From assembly GCF_001194135.2 (NCBI RefSeq), contig NC_069000.1:36728942-36781030 (forward strand): a stretch of 52,089 nt of DNA, read 5' to 3'. The position numbers and the translations under genes were made by a program. The notes under the pieces are model-generated. The model was not told where the DNA came from. It was given only the letters and a program-made list of their open reading frames with translations, and made no database searches. Below, piece after piece: positions 25,764 through 37,944 of this stretch (positions are counted from its first letter, which is position 1; each line of letters begins with the position of its first letter). The stretch is from Octopus bimaculoides. Lineage: Eukaryota.

Positions 25764-27001
25764 TCCAAGGTAGCAAGCAGGCAAAATTGTTAAAACATCA
25801 GCCAGAACAGATAGCAGTATTTCTTCCAATTCTTTACATTCTTGACTAATATACTTTCATTTACTTTTCTTTCTGTTTGAACGCAAATAGAAGTATAAAC
25901 ATTCTGTGAGACACCCCACCCCCATCCCCAAAAGAAACATTGTATGTAGATAGGTATATGTATGTATGTATATTTATATAAATAATATATAAATATATGC
26001 ATATATCAATACATATATGTACATACCTACATCTATATGTATACATGCATACATATATGGGTACAGGACATAAAAAAAAAAACGTTAAACACAATGAGAA
26101 ACGAAAACATAAAGACGGAGACAGAAAACGAACTTTTTTCGAACAACGAAAACAAACAAAGAAACAAGACATGCAACATAAAGAATATTTCCCTTCTTCA
26201 GTTGTCCCTGTTCCATCTACTCCGCGTTTCGAAGGCAAGGACAATACGTGACTTCGTTGGAACAGTCCTTCCCGCAAAACAAATTAAATGAAATTTGGAA
26301 TTTTTTGCAGAGGGTGAAAGTGTTAACAAGAACAGGACAGTGAGAACAAGACAAAGACAGTAAAAACAAGACAAAACAGTGAGAACAAATAGTAAGGGCT
26401 GTTAGGCCAAGATGATAGAAAAATTGGCAACCTTTTGCTTTAATATTCACCAAGTTAAAGTGAGATACATGTCCAGATCTTTGTAAATGGAGTAGAATCT
26501 TTGTACTACCCTGAAAGTTAATTTTGTTTTTATATTTTTATGTTAGAAATAAATCATTTACACTTTACCAACATGATTCATAATCATTTTCATTGCATAA
26601 TAAATCACTTGAACTTTACACACACACACACACACACACACAGTCATGGTAACTGCTCCATCTTCATAAAGAATTTCTGTCACCTTGTTCCTCCTCATTA
26701 TCCCTATCTGACTTTCTGTCCATGGCCCCTCCAGTGACCATTCATTCCTGTTGCAGACCTGCATGGCTTCAAGCTGGTCAGGCCTGCACACATTGCCAGT
26801 CTTCCATCACTGTGGCACTTTCTGTTGATAGAAAGGCAAATGAGGTCACTACAAAGAGACATCTGCATATCGTTGGATTATAGCGATAGACGTTTGTGCA
26901 ACACAAGTACTACTCTCCTGTCTCTGTGATTAGTATCCAGTGAAAGTCCAAAGCAAGATGACCAGTGGTCATGTGAAACTGCAGGTTTCCCTCTCTCCCT
27001 C

Positions 27002-27545
27002 ACATACATACATACAAACTTAGGAAATCCCTCTGTTATAGAATATATTCATAAACACCAACTCAAGGAATACTGGTGGAATATTCCCATCAAAACTTCT
27101 GTCAAATGTAAGCATAACAGGCCAGACACTGTTGTTTGGGACAGAGGGGCAAAGGTATGTACCATCATAGAGGTCAGCTGCCCTGCAGATACAAATATCT
27201 CTTTGATAATCAAAGAAAAAGAGGACGTCTATGGAGAACTGCTTCGAAACTTCCAGCTTCTATATCCAGACTATGAATTCATATTCATACCAATAACAAA
27301 ACAAGGTTTTGTTTGTAAATGCTTAAAGGAGAATCTGGATAAACTAGGATTTTCAGAAAGAGAAATTGACTGGCTGATTCGTGCATTACAAGTGCAATCT
27401 GTGAGTGGAACAGTAAAAACATGCAAGACCTGTCTCAAGTTCCAAGTGTGAATTTGTCTGTGTTAACTACATCCCAAAGATGGAGCCCTGTATCTTTGTT
27501 GGAAACTGGCTTCCTCCTCAGTGGAAGATTTATAATAATTAAAAA
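27002..27545 (+). mobile_element. R4/Dong/NeSL-type non-LTR retrotransposon 3' end (restriction-like endonuclease domain)
   Basis: Uninterrupted ~150-codon frame YWWNIPIKTSVKCKHNRPDTVVWD...IIEVSCPADTNI...EKEDVY, a PD-(D/E)xK REL fold signature. It is followed by a short 3' UTR ending in ATAATAAT. Confidence 0.8.
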
Positions 27546-27591
27546 ACAGAAGAGACATACCTCCTCCTCCTCCTCTTCCTTCCCATTTGCT

Positions 27592-27800
27592 AAAACCGGG
27601 GCTTACTATGAGTACACACAAATTGATTCCATCATGTTAGTTGAGTTTCAAGATCCTGGCAGGGAGAAAGAGCTAATCAGTCTTGTTAAAACTCAGATGG
27701 TTAATGGTCCTCGTGGTACCCTAAACAGGCATTCACCTTGCATGGAAGACAATAAGTGCATGGAACAATGTCCAAGGGAATGCATACTGATGATAAAGAT
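27592..27800 (+). mobile_element. Helitron Rep domain fragment 1
   Basis: QIDSIMLVEFQDP...LVKTQMVNGPRGTLNRHSPCMEDNKC resembles Helitron IDxxISAEIPDP...MIHGPCGxxNPxSPCM. Confidence 0.75.
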
Positions 27801-27959
27801 GTCTAGCCTCCTTTCAGAAGAAGAGCATACCAGAGGATGGAGACTTCCAAATCTTTGTTGAAAATATGAGATTGACAACAGATTGAGAGTTCCCTACTTC
27901 CCACTCCTGACCAGTGCTGCACTAATCCTTAAGTAAAATAAGCATGTGCTTAGGGCATC

Positions 27960-28290
27960 AAGGTGCATGGCTCAGTGGTTAGAGCTTACGATCATAAAGT
28001 TGTGAATTCAATTCCTGAACCAGGCTGCATGTTGTGTTCTTGAGCAAGACACTTTATTTCATGTTGCTCCAGTTCACTCATCTGTAGAAATGAGTTGCAA
28101 CGTCACTGGTGCCAAGCTGTATCGGCCTATGCCTTTCCCGTGGATAACATTGGTAGCATGGAGAGGTGAGGCTAGTATACATGGGCAACTGCTGGTCTTC
28201 CATGAACAACCTTGTCCGGTCTCATGCCTCGGAGATGAACTTTCTAGGTGCAATCCCATGGTCATTCATGACTGAAGGGGGTCACAAGGC
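27960..28290 (+). mobile_element. tRNA-derived SINE (family also at ~47850-48185)
   Basis: A-box-like TGGCTCAGTGG head. Long similarity to the copy at 47850-48185. Confidence 0.7.
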
Positions 28291-28639
28291 ATTAAGGGAA
28301 GGTGGGAGTCACCACAAAAATGGTATTATGATTTATGACACAAAAGAAATCACTTTAAACTTGCAAAAATAATATTCAAAATGGTTTTATGATTGGAAGT
28401 ATAATCTTGAAGTGTTCATAGTTTCATAATGAGAATCTGATCAAAGAGTTCACAACCAAAAAAAGTAAAAGAAAACTTTTCAAATATAAAGTGGAAGTAT
28501 ACAAAATAAATCTTATTTTCCAGCTTATTGTTAGTTTTATTTCATTTTGAAAAATAAACATTTTTGTTTTATGGCTTATTATTGTTTGTATTTTTAATAA
28601 TGTATATACGGGAGCAGCAAAATCTTTTAAGTGCTTTGT

Positions 28640-28850
28640 GCTTCTATGGGTCCAGCCCTGCTCCTGACCAACATATTTGATGTACAGCATTCAGTGAACC
28701 CTACTAATTATTAAGGCATACAATTTGATAAAGTCCATTAAATATGCCTGCAAATATGTTAATAAAAGATCTGATGCTGCAATGTTTAATCCGATGAAAC
28801 AAAACATCCATGATAAAGTTATCCAATTTCAAATTTGTGAACAAGTCACA
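28640..28850 (+). mobile_element. Helitron Rep domain fragment 2
   Basis: KSIKYACKYVNKRSDAAMF resembles the Helitron motif KSIKYICKYVNKGSD. Confidence 0.7.
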
Positions 28851-29095
28851 GAAAAACAGGGTCACAGTAATAAGAATGCCTCCATAACTTGTGTGTTGTT
28901 TAACGGGAGAACCACAAGACTGTGGCTGAATTTCTTTGTGGTATTGGCTGGCATAGTCATCAACATTAAAAATACTGAATATACATGTAATGCCATGATA
29001 CTATGTCAAGGTGTCCAATCAAGCTGTACATGTTATGTATTGTCAATAAATGACTGACTTAAACTTTTGGTTTTCTTTGTGTTACTTTGCTTAAG

Positions 29096-29481
29096 GTGGA
29101 GGCGCAATGGCCCAGTGGTTAGGGCAGCGGACTCGCAGTCATAGGATCGCGGTTTCGATTCCCAGACCAGGCGTTGTGAGTGTTTATTGAACAAAAACAC
29201 CTAAAGCTCCACGAGGCTCTGGCAGGGGATGGTGGCGAACCCTGCTGTACTCTTTCACCACAACTTTCTCTCACTCTTACTTCCTGTTTCTGTTGTGCCT
29301 GTAATTCAAAGGGTCAGCCTTGTCACACTCTATGTCACGCTGAATATCCCCGAGAACTACATTAAGGGTACACATGTCTGTGGAGTGCTCAGCCACTTGC
29401 ACGTTAATTTCACGAGCAGGCTGTTCCGTTGATCGGATCAACTGGAACCCTTGACGTCGTAAGCGACGGAGTGCCAACAAC
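29096..29481 (+). mobile_element. ~385-bp tRNA-derived SINE, intact
   Basis: Pol III A box TGGCCCAGTGG and B box GGTTTCGATTCC, (AAC)n tail, and 12-bp TSD ACTTTGCTTAAG (29084-29095 / 29482-29493). Possibly one of the described octopus tRNA-derived SINE families; not verified. Confidence 0.9.
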
Positions 29482-30606
29482 ACTTTGCTTAAGAAACTGA
29501 ATAAATTTTGTTTTTCACATATGTGCAATGCCATCATACATAAATTTTTTTACAAGCTATGTACTGTCAGTTAACAATTGATTTGAAATATATTTTGCTT
29601 TATTACTTTGTTTGCTTATAGTATTTAAATAAAATATAACTTTCTTCCAGTTACTATTTTTCCTAGCTAAGATTGTGACTTTTTATCCAGATGGCTTTGA
29701 GGTAAGAATTTTTCTTTCCAACTACAAAGTTCTGGACTCAGTCACTGCATAACACCTTGGGCAGGTGTCTTCTACTATAGCCTTGGGCCAACCAAAGCCT
29801 TGTGAGTGGATTTGGTTGAATGAAATTTAATGAAGCCTGTTGTATATTTATGTATACATATGTAGTGGATCTTGCTGGCATGGTGTGGATTCAATCCTTG
29901 ATTAGCCAAATTTAAATTAACAGTTCAACAGCACTTTTCTCACAGTAAAACAATAGTTTTTCTGTGACAGAAGTTACATTTGCCAGATGCCTTAGCTAAG
30001 CAAAGTAATGTCTTCACCACTTGACCCTTCTAACCTATTCTAGGTTAAAAGGTCAATATCACAGCCTTCACAGGTCCTGTATAATCAAAGCCTGTATTTC
30101 ACTGCCATGTAACATAGCTGTATGCACACAGGCATCATACAAACTGCCTTTTATCTGAGGGAGAGGCCTTTAGTTACCAACAAAAGTAGAAGCTCTCTAA
30201 ACTTCACTCAGCTCACTCTTATCCTGGCAACTACACTTTCAGAACTCCCGCCACCACTGCTAACTTAGAGTCCTAGGTAACAGAAGCTATCTACCACCTC
30301 AAACGACCCCCCCCCCCGAGAGATGTTTTTACACCTTTTACCATACAAGAGAATTTTCTCACCATGGTAACTCTAGTGGATTTGCCTTTAGAAGTTGAAA
30401 TGTATCATAAACATATTTTAACTAATCTAAGGTTTGCTTATGCCTAAACACTGGGAAAATTCAGGCTACATATGTTTCATAGCAAGTAGAACCTCAGAAG
30501 TGGTAAAATCCAGGTGAGGTGTATACTGCTAGCTACTCTTCAAAATCCGCAACCTTCCATCTCAATAAACCACTATTGTTCCTGAAAGTTATTTTTTTAT
30601 ATTCAC

Positions 30607-30793
30607 NNNNNNNNNNNNNNNNNNNNNNNNNNNNNNNNNNNNNNNNNNNNNNNNNNNNNNNNNNNNNNNNNNNNNNNNNNNNNNNNNNNNNNNNNNNNNN
30701 NNNNNNNNNNNNNNNNNNNNNNNNNNNNNNNNNNNNNNNNNNNNNNNNNNNNNNNNNNNNNNNNNNNNNNNNNNNNNNNNNNNNNNNNNNNNN
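30607..30793. other. Assembly gap
   Basis: N run. Confidence 1.
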
Positions 30794-31047
30794 ATATTTA
30801 TTTATTTATTTATTTATGGGTTTCAGCCAAGTGGCTGTGGTCATGCTGGAGCATCGCTTGACAACCGATGCTGGTGTGTTTACGTCCCCGTAACTTAGTG
30901 GTTCGGCAAAAGAGACCGATAAAATAAGTACTAGGCTTACAAAGAATAAGTCCTGGGGTCGATTTGCTTGACTAAAAGCGGTGCTCCAGTATGGCCGCAG
31001 TCAAATGACTGAAACAAATAAAAGAGTATATATATATATATATATAT

Positions 31048-31635
31048 GTGGAGGGAGCCTGTGGTAGAGGTAAACTCAGGAAGACATGGGATGAGGTGGT
31101 GAAGCATGATCTTTGAACTTTGGGCCTCACGGAGACAATGACCAGAGACCAAGACCTTTGGTATATAATGTGCTTGAGAAGACCCATCAAGCTAAGTGAA
31201 ATTGTAGTCATGGCTGATGCTGGTCTCATGTAACTGGCACCCGTGCCAGTTACATGTAAAAAGTACCTTACGAGCATTGGGCCTTACGGAGGCAAAGTGG
31301 CTGATGCCTGTGGCACATGAAAAGCACCTTTTGAGTGTTGGGCCTCATGGAAGCAATGACGAATGACTGAGAAGAAAGATCCATCAAGCCAAGTAAAATC
31401 ACAGTTGTGGTAGATATTGGTGTTACGCAAATGACACCTGTGGTGGTGGCGTGTAAAAGCACCCATTACACTCTTGGAGTGGTTGGCATTAAAAAGGGCA
31501 TCCAGCTATAGAAACTATGCCAAATCAGACTGGTGTCTGGTGCAGCCTTCCTGCTTGCTAGCCATGGTCAAACCTTCCAACCCATACCAGCATGGACAAT
31601 GGTCGTTAAATGATGATGATGATGATGATGATGAT
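31048..31635 (+). mobile_element. RTE LINE 3' end with reiterated 3' UTR modules and (GAT)n tail
   Basis: VEGACGRGKLRKTWDEVVKHDL motif, followed by repeated GGGCCTCA.GGAGG/GAGAAGAC..TCAAGC modules and then the GAT-tailed terminal segment. Confidence 0.75.
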
Positions 31636-32433
31636 ATATATAATGAGTGCAAATTTTCAATTTGTCAACCCCTTTGTTCTCAGCTCAAATGCTGAAGTGA
31701 CTTTTTTTGGTAAGAAAAATGCGTAATTTTTAAATCCTTAAAATCTGAGTCTCCATGGGGTTGAAATCACAGATTACATCCTGTAATTAGTGGTCATACT
31801 TAACAATTTCTGCAAGGATAAAATTCTGAACCTAAGGTAGCCATAATATGTGGTTTTGCTTCTATATTGATGCTAACAGTAAAAAAAATTCTGCCTATAA
31901 AAGTTGGGCCTAGTTTTCTTGTGAAGACAAAGAACCTATTTAGTCAGGACTAAAATAATTTTAAAAATCGTTTGAAGGCACCGTCTTTTAATGTGTATTT
32001 TAACATCTAATGAACATTACTTGTTACATCATGTCTTCTTTACTTATGATACAAGGAGTGATTCAACGCCATAGTTGCTAAGGGAACGGGTATGGTTAAC
32101 TAAATTAGCTCCCAATACTTGTTCAGAGCAGTTAACAACCCGTGTCAATCAGGACACAACTTCGACACGCTTGGCTGCTATTATAGGATTTCAATGTCGA
32201 AAGCTATGAATGAAAATGCATTATCCAACTATTTTAAGGCAAGACGTTAAATTTTGTTTTATTATTTATTTCCAACGAAATGTCAAGAGAAATAAATTTT
32301 ATATGTAAAAAAAAAAAGGCTTGCTAAAATAAATTTTAAAACGTAAAACCCAAAATTACTCAAATATATATATATAAATATATATGTATAATTCGTTTAT
32401 ATTTTTATCCTATTATTGAATTTATTAATTATA

Positions 32434-32462
32434 NNNNNNNNNNNNNNNNNNNNNNNNNNNNN
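32434..32462. other. Assembly gap
   Basis: N run. Confidence 1.
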
Positions 32463-32539
32463 ATATATAATTAAAACAAAACAAATTCCAGCGTCTAATT
32501 AAGATTAACATCCATCGCAATAAATATGTTTTTTTTTTG

Positions 32540-32735
32540 CAGCATTGAATGATCAAAGAAGACGGTTGCTTCTGAGAAAAAGACAAAAGGCAAGAAACAT
32601 TGCCTTTGATAGGAACGACATGTGAATGTTTACGGTAGCGTTTGGTAAGTTAAGGATTACAACCGGTAGCGCGGGGCTATCACGACAGTTTGGAACCCAT
32701 TTACGGCTCATTATCCTAGCGCTCAATACAAAGCA
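32540..32735 (+). promoter_or_regulatory. Putative RNMT promoter/5' UTR region
   Basis: CpG-enriched unique sequence in an AT-rich background, directly preceding two GTAAGT donors. Confidence 0.45.
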
Positions 32736-32744
32736 TGGAGTCAG
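32735..32744 (+). CDS. RNMT: RNMT candidate first coding micro-exon (M-E-S-)
   Basis: AAAGCATGG Kozak context. ATG GAG TCA G|GTAAGT is a phase-1 donor, matching the phase-1 acceptor at 44018 (G+AA = Glu). The surroundings are CpG-enriched and promoter-like. Confidence 0.65.
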
Positions 32745-33637
32745 GTAAGTTTTAACTTTGGCGATAAACTTATTAAATTATTTCCTTATTTTCAGTTGGT
32801 AACCACAGCAATTTCCTTTCGCATGCATTCTAAACTTATTGAGTTCATTCCCAGGATATCTGAAATTGCGCTAATTCGCTTAATGTGGTTGTGGCGCTTA
32901 AATAGTTTATGAAATAAATGTGTGTTAAATACTACGAGTTATTATTTTAAGCTAATCACATTTCTTTTTTTCTTGGAAATGAAATGTTTTTCAGATGTTG
33001 AATGTTTGAAAATCTTTTTATCTCATACCGATGATATCAGTAAACAATGATTAACTATTTAAAGATCAATATCATATTTAATTATGATCAAAATTTAATG
33101 TTTAGAGTATTAGGCTTTCAAATTATTACTTTCCGTTTCCCTAACAGCCATCTTAAAGATGCTAAGAAATGAAACTTATTTTTATTTTCTCTCAGTTTGT
33201 AATTTGAATATGAGTTTAATGAACTGTTTTTTTAAATTTAATTAATTTAAATCGATAACCTCACCAGTCGTCCTACTTTCAAACCAGCTACACGTTTTCT
33301 CTCTGGTAACTAAATAAAGTAGTCAATCATGATGCTGGCATATTATGCATACACATGTACACACACACACACACATAAATATAGCCAGTTTTTTTTTTTT
33401 AAACCGGTTTCTTTTTTTTGTGTCATGACACCATTTCTTTATCTTTAACCAGTAGAAAGTGCAAATTATAAAAACAAAAAACAAGAAAAACTATCACATC
33501 CATACATGCATACATACATACACATACATTTTAAGATCGATAAAAAAAAATTACATCTTGACGGGAACAGGCTGCCGTTGGTTCTGACCGTTGTGTAAAT
33601 ATACATGCTATGTTTCTCTGACAACTGTTATACAATG

Positions 33638-33674
<37 letters not shown>

Positions 33675-34641
33675 TTGCGTGTGTATGTACGTAATATGCA
33701 ACAACTGTTATGTCAATTTTATTCCCCTATTGAATATACAACACGTGTATTTAAAACGCGCCCATACATACACTCACACACACTCACATTCTATACATAA
33801 CAGAGGAAAAGCGTATTACACAATCTTATGAATATTCACATTATAATCAATAATCTAGATAGTATTTATCTTTCCTCATTTTCTTTGGTTTCTCCTTTAT
33901 TATTCCATTCGCTTAGCCCCCTCCCTCACTTATCTCCTCTCTCTATATATATTTGTATAAAGAGAGAGGGATAGATGTGTGTGTGTGTGAGCGAGCGTGT
34001 AGTATTCGCGCGCGCGTTTATTGGAGACTTCTTAGTATCTCTAGCTTGTCCTAGTATTGCTTGCAAGTTGGCCCATATCAGACTTAATAAATTCAACTTA
34101 ATCGCATTCAAGCAAGCACAACTGTGTATTCTAGCATACATATACATGCAAAGGTATGGTCGGTCGGTCGTTTCATATTTGAAAATCACTAGTGTGAAAT
34201 AGCTATAAATTGCTTTTATAAAAGAAATTTCTGAAATTAATATATATATGTATTAATTTTGTGTTCTATATTTTATTTACACTCGAGAAATGAAATAAAA
34301 GCTACGCAAAAATAATCTCAAAAGAACATGCATAAATAAATCTATTTAAAATTAAAAAAAATAATGAGTATTTCTCTATTTGAACATCTGGTTTTGTTGT
34401 TGAAATCTTTCTGTAAAGAAGGTCGTTAACCTTAGTTTAAATTTAATGCAGAGGGTAAGTAAATAAGCCATGTATATATATTATACACGTGTGAAAAAAA
34501 GAAAAGTTTTTGACATAGTTACACGTGCAGTAATAAGTATTTGTTTCGTATTTAAAACATACGCATCGTGAAGCATTGTGTACTTCATCTATCTATCTAT
34601 CCATCTATCTAAGCATATCTATCTATCTATCTATCTAAGCA

Positions 34642-34679
<38 letters not shown>

Positions 34680-35392
34680 CACGCAGACATACATATGGGT
34701 AGAGATGGACTATATGTAATCTGAAGATTACATATACTCCATCTCCACCGTTATTTATTTGCTAGTATATGCATGAAGTACAAGTTGTATGACCCTTATT
34801 ACGGTACTATAGTTGGTGAAATATAAATACATATTAGATAGACTGTACCTCCTTCCAGATGTTTATTTGAATACTTCGGTGGGTTTTTTAATAATATCGT
34901 ATTATTTACGATATTTTTTAAAAGAATAGAGGTACTGACAACTTAAACCCTTCATGTGCATTCATTCATGTGGCAACTTGTTCACAACATTGAAACATAA
35001 CGAACCTCCTACATGTTAGTTATGTGATAAATCTGTATGCATTTAAGATGTAAGCATTTCCAGCTTGCATTTTTACCGACGGATCCATCATCATCGTCAC
35101 GTCCTTTTTCCATGTTAGTATGGTTGGATTGTCCAACAGGATACGATAGGTCAGAGGATCTTGTTATCCCTACTAAAAGTTTTATAATTATCTTTGCTTT
35201 AATAAAATAAATTTTCCCATCGAAAGTGATCCTTTCTGGTTAATTTTGCCTTTCGCTTTCCTTCAGAATCAATAAACGAACATCAGTAATAAGCATGTGA
35301 TCGATTCAATCGACCACATTCATTTCATTGAAAAGCTTGATCTTGCATCTAGTTTTTTTTTTAGTCAGGAGGGAAGGACACTGCCTTTATAG

Positions 35393-35647
35393 CAGTGGTT
35401 CTCAACTGGGGTCCATATGGCCCTTGGAGGTCCTTATAAGATTTGGTTGTTAAAATGTATGCTTATACTTCAACAATACTCAAAATATATTAATTTTTTT
35501 TTTCTTATACAATTCTTAATAATATTTGATTAGGAAAATAGAGCAGGATTTTCTTTTTATATACATTGAATATCTATCTATGAAGGTCCAGGAGAGTAAA
35601 TAGGAATCAAAGGGGTCCATAGGCAAAAAAATGGTTGGGTACCACTG
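35393..35647. mobile_element. hAT MITE
   Basis: TIRs CAGTGGTTCTCAAC / GTTGGGTACCACTG. TSD CTTTATAG/CTTTACAG. Confidence 0.75.
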
Positions 35648-37944
35648 CTTTACAGGGACCTCTAAGACTACTTGGAAGGGAGGTGGGAAATGATTATCAA
35701 ACTGGGAAACCTGGCTGCTGGATGCTTGCAACAGAGTGGACTCTGCTGAAAGGTACTCAAGTTGTCAGGTGGTGGTATTGACTCAGACGACAGGTTAAGT
35801 CTTTACTACCCAAGTAGGCCAAAGCTGGATCTTCAAAGAGAACAAATACTGAAAGAATCCAGTTTAACTTTATTAAGATTCCATCAATCCACTGTCTTGG
35901 ATTGGAATTTTTTTTTATCCCCCTCCCCCCAATGAATAAAAGGCAAAGTTGATCTTGGCAAGGCTTGAACTTATAATGCTGAGAGTCCAAACAAAAAATA
36001 TCTATGCTCTAATGACTTTCCCAGTTCACTACCAAGTTAAAAGCAATTCCTGTTACAAACGCTTTCAAATTGCTCTAGTCTAGTGATTCTCAAACTAAGA
36101 AATCACAGCCTCCAAATATTAGTGCAATTTTTTGTTCCTTTTTCCACTCTTAAGAAAAGAAAAGAAAATGAGAGTTTGCATCTAGAGCAACTTTTACTTG
36201 TCATTGTAGTGGATCAGTTAAATCCTGCAACATTTGAACCTGCCACATCTGACCCAAATATGTGACAATACATACATATACATAACACTGGGACAAGGTG
36301 GTGAAGCATGGTCTTTGAATTTTGGGCCTCACAGAGGCAGTAGTGATTGAGATCTTTAGTGATATGCTGTGCTTGAACAGACCTGTCAAGCCAAGTGAAA
36401 CCATAGTTGTGGCCGATACCAGTGTCACGTAACAGGTAACCGTGCTGGTGGTTGCATAAAATGCAACCTTCGAACGTCAGGCCTCACAGAGTTGATAAGT
36501 AACCAAGACCTTTGGCCATATGCCGTGTTGAGAAGACTCGTCAAGCCAAGTGAAAGCATAGTCGTGGCTGATGTCGGTTAGGGTTAGGCACCTGTGCCGG
36601 TGGCATGTAAAAAGCATCTATTATACTCTTGGAGTGGTTGGTATTAGGAAGGGCATCCAGCCATAGAGACCATGTCAAATCAAACTGGAACCTGATGCAG
36701 CTCTCCAGCTTACCAGTTCCAGTCAAACCATGCACATGTATACACAAGATGGGCTTCTTTCAGTTTCCAATCTACCAAATTTATTCACAGGGTATTGGTC
36801 AACCCAAGGTGCCATGCAATGGTACTGAACCCAAGATCATGTGGTTGGGAAGCAAACCTCTTAACCTCACATCCATTCCTGCACCTGTATATATATACAT
36901 ATATACAGGCATATATACACATACATGCATGTATTTATTTTGCCTATGCTATTTCTTTTCAAATAGTTTTGAGATTTTTATTTTTTTAATAGATGTGAAT
37001 CCCTTCACTTCATAATTTGATCTTTTCCACAGAAGCAAAGCTTGCTACACATTTCAAAGACAGAGGTATTATCTTTCGGTCTGTTCCCTGTACCGTTGGC
37101 TTATTGATCTTTATGTGCAACATCTGGAAATGATTTTTTTTAAAGTAATTATTTCGTAGAAACTTATAAAAGCTTGTGTTAAGAAGCTTAACAGTGCAAA
37201 AGGTTATAAAGTCGGATCTTATTTATGAATATCATGGTTTCCAAAATCCTTTTGAGGTGTGTTATTGTTTTGGATATGTTAGTTAAAATTTCAATAGTTT
37301 ATTCCTTCTGCAAGGTTGTGAACTGGCAGAATCGTTACTCAGTTGGACAAAATGCAACGCAGCATTTCATCTGTCAATTACATCCACAGTTCAAATTCCG
37401 TTGAGGTTAACTTTGCCTTCCATCCTTTTGGGGTTGATGAAATAAGTATCAGTTGAATACTGGGGGTTGGTGTATTCAACTTACTCCCTCTCTTGAGCTT
37501 GCTGGCCTTGTGCCAAAATTTGAAATCAATATTTTCTTCCCCCTGTTTATATGTCCATTTCCCAAATGGATATTGGTAAAATAGCTTCCACGAATTTAGA
37601 TATTTGTATGGTGTTTGACTAATTGATTTTTAAGCTGGATGTTATTCAGTGTGGTGACTGTTGTCCTTGTTTTAAACATCCGCTTTTTCATGCTTGTATG
37701 GGTCAGACAGAATTTTTGTTGGCAGATTTCCTACGGCTGAATGAATGCCCATCTTGTTGTCAACCCACACCTGGTTCAAAGTGAAGTCATATTTCCCCAT
37801 GACCAGGTGTGTCTTGGAAGACTGAAAACAAAGGATGCTAGTTGCATGACGATGACACTTGCATACAACTGTTACATCATGTGAAGACAAGGTAACAATA
37901 ACACACACACACATGCACAGATGTTTACAGTGGGGATTCTTTCA

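Noticed and set aside
29096-29170. tRNA gene-like sequence
   Set aside because: It is the head of a multi-copy SINE with TSDs and does not fold into a complete cloverleaf.
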